A stretch of 64,000 nucleotides of DNA from Takakia lepidozioides (taxonomy: Eukaryota > Plantae > Bryophyta), in contig CM060732.1 of NCBI GenBank assembly GCA_030704615.1, positions 77,686,001-77,750,000 of the forward strand, read 5' to 3'. Both the position numbers and the translations under genes were made by a program. Below, one piece after another: positions 53,516-64,000 of the stretch (position 1 is its first letter; every line of letters starts with the position of its first letter). The notes beneath the pieces are model-generated. The model made no database searches. It saw nothing but the letters and a program-made list of their open reading frames with translations, and was not told where the DNA came from.

Positions 53516-55449
53516 TTGAAAATTTTCTAACCATATGAATACTTCAAAAAATATTCTTGTCCACAGAGGTACTGTTACATAGACCACCAGAGCTTCGAAT
53601 CACTTCTTCTTCTTGCGACTCACAGGGCTTCGAATCATTTCTTCTTCTCACGTGTTTTGTTTTTTGGTTCAATGGCAAGAAGACATTGTCCACCCTAATC
53701 CAAGGTAGTTCTTACACAATGTATCAAACTAGGCAAGTTAGTCACCAATTCACACCGCACAGGCTTCGATCTCCAAACAATCACCACACCAATCCAATCT
53801 CCAGTCTATTGCACGCCTCCTTGTCTCCCTCACTTCGAAATAAGCACCGCATATGCCTTCTCAGTGCCTCACACGCACTTAAAAGAAAATTGCAAAGGAC
53901 CAATTGAGACACGTGAACTGTCCCAAGCTCCGACACAAGCTCCGACAGCATCGTTGTGTGTTCTGCTGTTTTTGGGAGAATCTCCTCGATCAAGTAGGAC
54001 CAGCAATGAACAATTTGGCGTCACCTTTATCGATTCTAGTGCTTGGCTTACACTGCCTAAGCAACAGTAATGCTGTGCTAAGCATTTTCCAATAGCTGTT
54101 GCCCTTTGACTACTGTCACTTCGTCTTCATAAGTGTCCCCATCGCTTGTTTCTGTGTCTTGCACTTGCACTTGCTAGGTGGCCCACATGCAATGGAGTGA
54201 GACTTTTCCTACCATACAACAACACTTCAAAAGGAGACTTCCAAGTTATGCTTGCATGCTCAGAAGTACCATTGCAAATATTAGTGTGTAGTATAGCATC
54301 CAACATATGGCCTAAAGGTCAGGGCACAACTTAACTCCTGAAGGCCTCCAGCTTTTTCCACCCTTGACTGCAAAATCTGCACCCTTGGCCACCTCTTTAT
54401 TAGTTACTAAGACTGTGCTAAAAGATCTACACAACTTGACAATTCAATCACTTACCTCCACCTCTACTTTCATGAATTTTTCCAATAAGAAGTAGAATCT
54501 CATAACCATTTTGTGAGCACGAAAAATATTCTATTACTTTTGTAGAATAGAATTAAAAATCACACATCTTATCCAATTGAACCCAAATCCCATAAGAATA
54601 TTTCTCGTTATGTTGGGCAGTTTCTCCTAATTTTTTTGATTTTTTGGACAAGATTTGGAGATACCTCCTTTCTAGTTCGGATCCGGAGGGGAGTCAACAC
54701 ATTTCATTTTCAGCACTTTGCCACCCTATTTATTTTAGAAGAAAAAAATGTAGGTTTGTTAGAGCAGTCCCAAAGTTTTCAAAATCAAGTCAGAAAGGTC
54801 CTCACAAAGTTTGGATTGTTTCGATTAACGTAATCCCCATATGATGGGGTTTGCACTAACCCATTGTTTTTTTATGCTTATACAATGGGTCACCTCATTC
54901 CATGCAAAAGCCCCAATCCACTTTGTCCTTCTCGCGCTCGGCTCTCTCACCTGTCAAACAGCCATTTGCATTGGAGTAGACAATCTGGTAGAGTAGATCT
55001 TCCTGCAAACGCTACATGTTGTAGCTTTGGATTTGGTTGAAAATCCATCCAGAGCTTTGCCATTGAAGGGAAACCATGAGCCCATTGGATGGTTGCTTAG
55101 GCGTTGGGGGAAGGCCACCTGGCCTTACGAATTGCATAGGACTCATGGTGGTATGGGATGTTGGATGTCATCCATTTATACCAACCCAACTCTTAAAAGA
55201 TTCGTTTGGTCAACTAACCATGCGGGGACTTTTGGGTCTTTGGGAAGAGTTTTGGGCAACCACGTTCCCTTGGTTATGGTCGGGGTTACAAGGTGTTCAT
55301 CTTTTGAATATAATGTTGTAGTTCTTTAGCGAAGATATATCACACCATTAGTCACACTTTATAAGTCACTCTTCAAGGTGCTTCAACAAGAGTTATTTGA
55401 GTATTCTTCTAATAGGGTGGGGGAGAGGGGGGGGGGGGGGGGGAGGACG

Positions 55450-56120
55450 ACGTAATTGGGTCACATCCCAAACATATGTCGAAGCTCCGGTTGTTTTGCT
55501 GAAACCTCATAAGTGGTTTTGTTAAACCTTTCCAATAAACCCATTACATTGTGGATTATATGTCGAATGAATTAGACAATGTTTCATTCCCATATTAAGA
55601 CACGCCTCTTCCATTACCAAGTTGTTGCTTTTGTCTGTCAGAATTATGATGAATTATGATGAGTGATCTATTGGAAAATATTACCTATCAATGAAATATT
55701 GAACCATACTTCGTCATTGTCCTTACTAATGAGCAAAGGTCAAACTTAATCAACTCATTTCAACACATTCTCAGTGGCCATAGCAATATAAGCTTGCATC
55801 TTAGACGCGGGTTTTAATGATCTGATTAATATATCTAAGCTGACCATTGCAAAGATTGCAGTACATCTCAAATTTTGAATTGCAAAATTCATTGTGAAAT
55901 CAACTTAAAGTCAACATTGCAGCGTTGTCTATACATTCAATGTAAAATCAATGCCAGACCACGGATTTTGATCCAATATTGATTGCACTTAGTGACATTG
56001 GTAGTTGTAAGAATCCATTAATGGCATTGACGCATAAGAAGTCGATTAGATGGATATGCAACATGAGTTCTCATTTGTTGCATACAAATGCTAACATCAA
56101 TTCATAGATACTTTTGTTCT
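55450..56120 (-). mobile_element. Old, AT-rich retrotransposon integrase remnant
   Basis: ILTDK...STYNPQCNG(L)LERFNKT across frameshifts. Confidence 0.55.
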
Positions 56121-56648
56121 TATCAAATAAAATTTTTATGACTATAATTTGCTGAATCCTTATTAAAACAATTTGTTGTTTTGATTAAACTTTAATATGA
56201 AGCCAATGATTTTGTCATCTTTACCCAATTCAAATGGAAAATTATTAAATCAAACATTCTACATGTAAACAATGTACAAACGTAGAAACATAGGTATTAG
56301 TTAATTTATTTAGTTGTGATTTGTCGATTTCATATTTCTTATCTATCTATTCAAACTTTTATACTTTATTATTTTTCATTTAGGGGAATATTTTTACAGT
56401 TTGTAATATGTATAAATACAATACATCATATAATATACCATTAATCTCCAATAAGATGGCTTTTCAGATACATTCATGACGTGTTTTTCATATAAAACAG
56501 GAAAATTGTGCAACTCCCACATGGAATAAAGCAGATCTTTAAAAAAAACAAAAATACAGAATCAAAATATCTTCTATCTATACAGTTCTGGACTATGAGA
56601 TAAGCCTACATGGAACAGTTGGCCAAAAGATATAAAACCTCATTATTG

Positions 56649-57355
56649 TGTAAAACCCAGATTAATAAATAAACCTAACAAACCCTGACAACAAACTTCT
56701 GGGCTATGGACCAGTGAAGATGCCTGTCAAGGACGAGAACATGACTGAACACAAACAAGATATCAGACTAGAGGTACAAGACTAGACAAAGAGTCAAGGT
56801 CGGCGTGGCCAAATGCATGGTGGATAAACATGAATCAAGATGATCTTTATAACAATGGACAAAAGTACAAGATACTGGAACTCGACTCGAATACTAGAAT
56901 GCTGGAAACTGGACTTGGATACCAGATACTGGAAATTGGACTGGAGTACTGGGACTGGGAACAAGAGTAGCTTGAACTTGTGTTGGTGAGACTGAAGAGT
57001 GTCCAGTCTCGCCTCCTATATATACTGGCTACTAAGAAGCTTCCCTAAGAAGCTTCCTCTATGGAGGTTTCTTGCGGAAGAAGTTTCCAAGATTAAACAA
57101 AGGTTTCTTGATGGAGAAGCTTCTTTAAACAAGTGAGGTATCTTGATGGAGAAGTTTCCTCCAAAAGAAGCTTCTTGAGCAGTTTCCCAAGTTACTATTG
57201 GTAATTTGATAAACTCCCGGTAACTTGGTAAGTAATGATAAATCATGGTAGATTATGGTAAATTACGGTAGATCATGGTAATTTTTGGTAACATGGTAAC
57301 TTGCTAACTTTTGGTATTTACTCTTGGTAAGTTCCTCTGGGCTATGTCCGTGACA
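56649..57355 (-). mobile_element. Putative 3' LTR (~700 bp) preceded by a PPT-like tract
   Basis: Minus strand GAGGAGCGGGTGA|TGTCACGG at 57355; possible ...TTTTACA end at 56649; internal short repeats; partner LTR not in window. Confidence 0.45.
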
Positions 57356-58059
57356 TCACCCGCTCCTCTAGCGCCGAGTTTCTCGAGGAGCAGTAAAATC
57401 TTGGACTTGCTTAGAGTTGGAGAAAATCCAAAATCCGACGAATGGTACTTATCAACCGGAACAGCTAAGGCGCGAAAAGCGGCATCGAGTGCGCCGCACG
57501 CGGGGAAGCGCGCGAACGAACACTGTATTCGGCTCTTCGTTCTTGACTCAAATGATTTATAGGTCCTTGCAACCATCGATAGTGTCCAACACGTTGAACT
57601 TGGGACCACACAGTGATTTGAGCATTCTGATTTTCGAAGCTGCCTTCAAACATGATTTCGTTGTCATCTGCGTCCGAAACCTCAACCTCCAACAGAATTA
57701 TCAGACTTTGAGTAGGCTTTACTTGCCGTCGTACGGGGTCAAGACGAGGAAGTATGCGTCGCATTGGTGGCCCATCGTCTTGTGAGCATCGGCGTGATGT
57801 TGAAGGTCGTGAGAGTCGGAACGGCTGATCTGGTAGCTAGTAAGCGACAACTCCAATGTATCTGGTTCCTGTGACTCCATACTACCAATACAATATGCAA
57901 GAGTGCTGGAAGGTAGTTATATATACTGATGTGTGGTGCTCATCTCTCCTTAGTGTGTATCAGGTACATTGAATGTGGAGTCTTCATCTTGAAGCTAACT
58001 TGGTTGACATCATCATTGTGACGTCTTATTGACATGTAGCACGGGGCTTAGCTGGATAT

Positions 58060-58545
58060 CATTGATGAAACTCTTGAACTTTGTTAGATGCATTGGCGAG
58101 GTTGGATGAAGGTTTCCACGTTCGTTCGCAGATGTCGTAGCTTTTTCAATGTACGAAATACTCAAGACGTTTATACTTGATGCGAGAGTCTAAGACTTCA
58201 TCGACTTCATATTCAATTTCCTGATTGACTTCAATTGGTGGAGGTGGTACGGAGACTCTCTCTGGAATATTCGATGGATGATACAACTCCAATAATGAAA
58301 CATAAAAGACTAGATGGATGCGCATACTTCGTGGGAGTTCAAGCCGAAAACTGACTGGATTTATTTGTCGAATAATTTTGAATGGTCCCAGGCGTTGATA
58401 ATCCAACTTCCTTGATGGTCGCAAGGTTTGTATGTCACGTCGAAGAAGCCACACACGATCTCCGACCGTGAACTGGGGTTGGAGTTGGCGACGTTGATCT
58501 ACATACTCTTTGTATTGTTTTTGAGCTTTTGTGTCGCGCACCTCA
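58060..58545 (-). mobile_element. Chromovirus integrase C-terminus (GPF) and chromodomain, older element interrupted by the next element
   Basis: FTVGDRVWL...KLDYQRLGPFKI...IHLVFYVSLLE...EYEVDEVLDSRI...LEYFVH. Confidence 0.85.
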
Positions 58546-58550
58546 CTTCG

Positions 58551-61500
58551 GTAAGCTCCCCTTCAAGTCATAGTTACTCGCTTTGATGCGCGCGCCTGAC
58601 TCCCAACCTGGCCGCCCGGGCCAACTTGGAGCTTCGGCTGCTCACCGGGACATAACGGTCCCTCTTCGCTTCCCACTAAACCCTCCACCTATTTGGGACT
58701 AGGAGAATTCTTTTTGGTAGATGGCAGTCCGGAACAGCTCCCCACTCTTTGGTCGCTTTCCGGCTCGCTCGCTTACTCACTAGTTTTTGGTCCAACGGGC
58801 TTGCACCGTTCTCGGGGTCACTACTCCTATATATATACTTCTGTAGCTGTCCGCGGGGGTTTCACAACCAGCCATGCCATTTTATGGCAACCACCACGAA
58901 AACCCTTGACTCCCGGTGATGAGTCGCGGTGAGTCTTGGCCCACTCACCACGGCCCCTATGGACCGTGATGAGTCCCAAGACTCCCCACGACTCCCACCA
59001 CGAGTCTCCCCCCATGGTGAGTCCTATGCCACCCCCACTAAGTCCCGCTAAGCTACCACCACCCTTGTGGAGCCACCCCACCGCAACCCGGTGTGCGGGG
59101 CTCCACTAGTGAGCGCCTCCGCTTCCCTGAGTGCCTTGGGCACTCAAGGGTGCTTCAGCCCCCCATACCTATCGCTGCCGCTGCCCCCACCACAGGGGCA
59201 GCCCCTCATGTGTCCCGACCCCCTGCCCTCAAGGCAAAGGGCCATGACACACACCCCTACCAACAGGGAGTCGATGTCCTCATCGACTTGTCCATTTTGT
59301 AGAAACGAACATCCAAGTTGTGGCGTCCCACATCAAGGAGTTTGTTTCCGTACCATGGCGTCCCATGGCAAAGAACCAAACCCCACACTTGACTCTACTC
59401 TCTCCACTAGCTAGTTCGGCCGACTTCCTCCAAGTCCGCCAAGGGTGGAGCCTCTCCAGCTCCTCCCAGTGCACTCTTCTTGGCCTACTTCAAGGCCAAG
59501 GAACGATCCTCCCGAGGATTGAATCGCCTTACTGCAACAACATTGCTTGCGACGCATGATGCCGCTTTTGGCATCACCTTGAAGGGTTCCCTGGAACCCT
59601 CTTTGACTAGGAAGATAACCTTGAAACCAACCGTGCGCCCCAATCACTACAATTGGGTCCACCTTGGAATGCTGGCCTGAGGTACGGGAACACGCCGAAG
59701 CCGCACTACGACTTCGTCCCGAGGCTACACGATTATAGTACGTGAACGGAAGCACGTAGCTTCCGCGTTAGCCCGCACTACAAGGCAACCCCCTCGTAGC
59801 GCAGTTATAGTACGCGCACGCGCCAGGTGCGCACTAGCACGTGAACTCCCAAAGAAGCGCAAGTTTCCTTGCCCTTGGATGGGGGTCACCCGATTTCGGC
59901 ACTACGCAAACACACGATTAACCCAATTTACCTCTCCCACTTTTTTAGCTAGCATGCATTCTACACACTAGCCAACCATACCATGCATCACCATTCCAAA
60001 CAAAATAGGACGCACAACATTTGGAACCCATTTCCTTTATAACAAATTTTTGTACAATACAAGTTTTTGTAATCGGATTCCTAAGCTAGCTAAGCCGGGC
60101 TAAGCATGCATTTCCTCCCCCACGCTCCAAGGTTGATGTCCCCATCAACGCTTCTTCCGCTTTTGAGGTCGCCCTTCGAAAGCTGCAACCGCCTCGGATG
60201 CGTTTCCATTTCTGAGGCACGCACCCAAGATGCCTCCACATGATGATAGCCCTTCCATTTGACGAGATACTCCGTTTCTCGGTTCCTAAACCTCCTCGAC
60301 TTAAGTATTGCCTCCACCTCGTACTCAGGTTCATTTTCATGATCCAACACATAGGTGGCGGACGCAACACTTGATGCCGATTCGGACGCGCTTCATCTTT
60401 GAAGTAAGGCTTCAAAAGGGAGACATGGAATACTGGGTGCACCTTGCTGTTTGCCGGCAGCTCCAATTCATACACATCCTCATTCATAACCTTCCGAATG
60501 CGAAAGGGTCCGCATACGGAGGTACGAACTTCGGACTCACTTCCGGAGGTAGTCGGAAATTCTTGATGTTCAACCAGACCTCTGCCTGCCTCAAAACTTC
60601 ACTTCCCTCCGCTTCCGATTCGCCTGCCTTTCATACCGTTTCCTAGCTTTGGCAATATTGTACTTTGCGAGCTTCAACAAACGCTCGCGTTCTTCCAGTA
60701 CCGCCGCTACTGCCGGTTCTCAACTGGGGGCCCTGTCGGCACCAGAGGTGCTTTTCCATAGACCAATACGAAAGGGGAAACTCCGTTGCGGAGTGTTCTG
60801 TGTTATTATAACAGAACTCTGCCGCGTCTAAGTGTTCACCCAGTCTGTTTGGTCTGCCGACACGTAATTCCGCAAGATCTGCTTCACTACGGAATTCACC
60901 TTTTGTTTGGCCGGCGGTCGTAGGTCGGAAGGCGGTGCTCATCTTCAGCCTCGTCCCCATCTTCTTCCAAAGTGCCCTCCAAAATTTACTCGTAAACTTT
61001 GGATCGCGGTCCGAGACAATATCCTTCGGGACTCCATGATTTTAAGACGTGGGCGAAGTAAAGTCGCCCTGTCTCCTGCGCCGTTGCCGTCTCCTTGGTG
61101 GGATGAAATGGCCCATTTTACTGAACCTATCCACCACCACCATGATTGCATCGAATCCTTTTGACAGCGGCATAGCAGTCATGAAATCCATCGAGACGCT
61201 TTCCCAAGTCCCCTCTGGAATCGGCAAGGGTGTAACAGCCCCGCTTGCTTTTTGTACTCGCTCCGGTTTTGTTGGCATGTGGTGCATGTCTTGACATACT
61301 CCTCTGCCTCCTCCCTCAGTTTGGGCCAGAAATACTTTTCTTCAAGAGTGCCGCAGTGCGCTTGGCTCCGCCGTGGCCCGCAAGGGCTATCATGGCATTC
61401 TCTCAAGAGGCTATCTCTGATCCCTCCCTTCGGCACGTAGAGACGTTTTTGCTTATACCGGAGCAGTCCATTTTACAAGTGGAACTGCGATTTAACCCCC

Positions 61501-64000
61501 ATCCTCAAGTCCTGCATCACGGACTTTGCCAGCTCATCCTTCCGGCAAGCCTTCCGGATCTTCCTTTGGAGCGCCGTCTCGCCCTTGTACACCAACAAGA
61601 GCTGCTGCTTTCTACTTAAAGCATCGGCCACCACGTTGTCTCGTCCCGGTTTGTACTGGATATCCACGTCGAACACCGCCAAAGTATCTTGCCACCTAAG
61701 TTGTTTTGGGGACAACTTGGGCTGCGTGGCAAAATACTTCACCGTGACATTGTCCGTGAACACCTTCACTGGGTTGGAACCAACATAGTGGCGCCAAAGC
61801 TCAAGACAATGCACCACCGCCTTCATCTCTTTTCGTGCGTCGGCCACCGTCGCTCCACTTCATTCAGTTTCTTACTTTCGTAAGCCACTGGACGTCCATC
61901 TTGCATCAGTACACCCCCAATCGCGAAGTCCGACGCATCTGTATGTATCTCGAACGGACGATCGAACTCCGGGATTTTCAAGACTGGAGCTTCCGCCATC
62001 CGCTGCTTCAATTCAGCAAAAGCTTGGCCACAAAAGGTGTTCCATACCCAGACTTTGGATTTACACAGAAGGTCTGACAGCGGCCCCGCGATCTTGGCGA
62101 AATTTCTCACATACTTCCGGTAATAGGAGGCGAGTCCTAGGAAGGATCGCACTCCCGGGACGAAGTCGGAGGCTCCCAGTCCAAGATCGCCCTCACCTTT
62201 CTGTCATCCATTTTGATCCCATCCTGTGTAATCACATGCCCAGAACTCCACTTTTGTGACCCCGAATTCGCACTTTGAAGCTTTGGCATACAGCTTCCTT
62301 CTCGCAATTTTTGGAACACCCTTTTGAGGTGCTCCGTGCTCCTCCTTTGTTTTCGAGTACACCAAGATGTCGTCGATGTACACGATCACAAAGTCATCCA
62401 ACCACTCTGGAAAAGGCTGTTCATCAGCGTGCTAAATGTTGCTGGTGCATTGGTGAGCCCAAAAGGCATCACCAAGAACTCATATGAACCATACCTTGTC
62501 CTGCACGCGGTCTTCTCCTCATCTCCTTCCGCCACCCGAATTTGATGATAGCCGGAGCGCAAGTCGATCCGGCTGAAATACTTCGCTCTGCCAACCGATC
62601 GAAGAGGTCGTCGATCCTTGGCAAAGGGTACCGGTTTTTGATAGTCACCTTATTCAGAGCCCTGTAATCGACACACATCCGCAGCGTCCCATCTTCTTGT
62701 CTGCAAATAGCACCGGGGCTCCGTAAGGTGACTTACTCGGCCGGATGTACCCCTTTGACATTAGATCCTTGAGCTGAGTCTTCAGCTCGACCAACTCTCT
62801 GTGGCTCAACCGGTAGGGCGCCTTGGCAGGCGGTTCCGATCCCGGTATCACCTCAATCTTGTGGTCAACTCCTCTTCGCGGTGGCAAGCCGCTTGGTAAA
62901 TCCTCCGGCATCACATCCTGGTTTCTCCAAAATCCCCTTGATCCAATCTGGGCTCGGCTCCCCATCGCCTTCTCTTTCACTTCTCTAATGTAAAGCAAAA
63001 AACTGGGGCTCGTGTGCCTCCTCCACGGCCCACTCCCTTGCTGACAGAAGGTTTATTCGCCCTCCACGGATTTGGGCGTTTCCGACACTCGTAAAACCTC
63101 GCCACCATTCCCACATGGCAGCGTGACTACTCTCTTGCGGCCATCTATGACCGCTCCGGATTTGCTCAAAAAGGTCATCCCCAAAATGAGATCCACTCCA
63201 TCGATCTCGCAGATGGTGAAGTTCTCACGTCCCTCCCAACTCCCCAGTTGAAGAGGAACATCAAACGCCAACCTTGTCGCCAATTGTGGTTCTCCTTTGG
63301 CAGAACGCACCTCAATAGAGGCCCCCACGTCACTTGTCGGAGTCCCAACTTTCGCGCCGCCGCGGCGTCATGAAGGAGTGCGACGCTCCTGTGTCCACCA
63401 ACAACGACACGTTAGTTCCGGATATTATCCCATCCACGAAACAATAACTGACTCCCTTTACGCAGGCGCCAGTTTCCTGATACAACTCACAAGAATAGTT
63501 GCCTACCTTGCAAGTCCTGGCGACCACCGCTTCCACCAAGCGACTGATGGTATCTTCCGACAGCTCCGTGGTTGCCCGAGTCATGTTCAATTGTCGAGGT
63601 TTGTGCACTTCTTGGCCATGTGCCCGGGCTCCCCGCAATTGAAACACACTCCATCAAAGGTCGCCTTCTGTCCGCCATAGCCGCTCCACCGCTTTTCCTT
63701 CGAAGCACCGGGTGCCGCCTTGACGTGTGAAGGCCTCCCTTCGATTTCCACGTGCCATTGTCGCCGCGTGGGCCTATCCCACTTCTTTTCCGGTCGGGAG
63801 GAGTCACCTTCCCGCCGGGTCTCTTGTGGTTCAGCTCCGTACGGCCTTGTCTCTCACCCTAGGGACATCCGAGAAACATTCAGCCCTCTCAATTGCCTCG
63901 TTCAAAGTCTTGGGTGGCTTCTCCTCCAACTTCCGCCTGGCCCATGGGGCCAGTCCCGCCACAAAGTTGAAGACCATTTCTGGTTTGCCATGTCCGCGAC
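58551..64000 (-). mobile_element. Chromoviral Ty3/gypsy element: gag knuckle, PR, RT, RH, INT, chromodomain, PPT (~60121-60112) and ~1.55-kb 3' LTR (~60110-58551); continues beyond the window
   Basis: [88 protein letters not shown]; PPT GGGGGAGGAAA. Confidence 0.9.

Noticed and set aside
57304-57785. Overlapping 83-122 aa ORFs between the chromodomain and the putative LTR
   Set aside because: No recognisable motif; cannot be supported as coding

Overview
Eukaryotic land-plant genomic DNA with spliced genes; the gene and TE style suggests a bryophyte or other early-diverging lineage (inference). Host genes occupy the left part: the last four exons of pheophorbide a oxygenase, a MIKC*-type MADS-box fragment, a tandem pair of aldo-keto reductases (one intact, one pseudogene) and a truncated PLS/E+ PPR pseudogene. 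The rest is a nest of transposons: an L1-type LINE, two non-autonomous CACTA elements, and chromoviral Ty3/gypsy elements. The main discovery is an unusual Ty3/gypsy-like family present three times: a full-length copy at 30097-40351 (+), a truncated copy at ~16270-26355 (-) and a 506-bp mini-derivative at 26740-27245 (-). Its Pol carries a DNMT3-like C5-cytosine methyltransferase in frame between protease and reverse transcriptase, and its integrase ends in a PHD finger. It has no recognisable pair of identical LTRs: the termini are dissimilar (5'-TGTCA...ACACA-3') and the target duplications are only 1-2 bp. All calls come from reading motifs by eye; no database searches were run.
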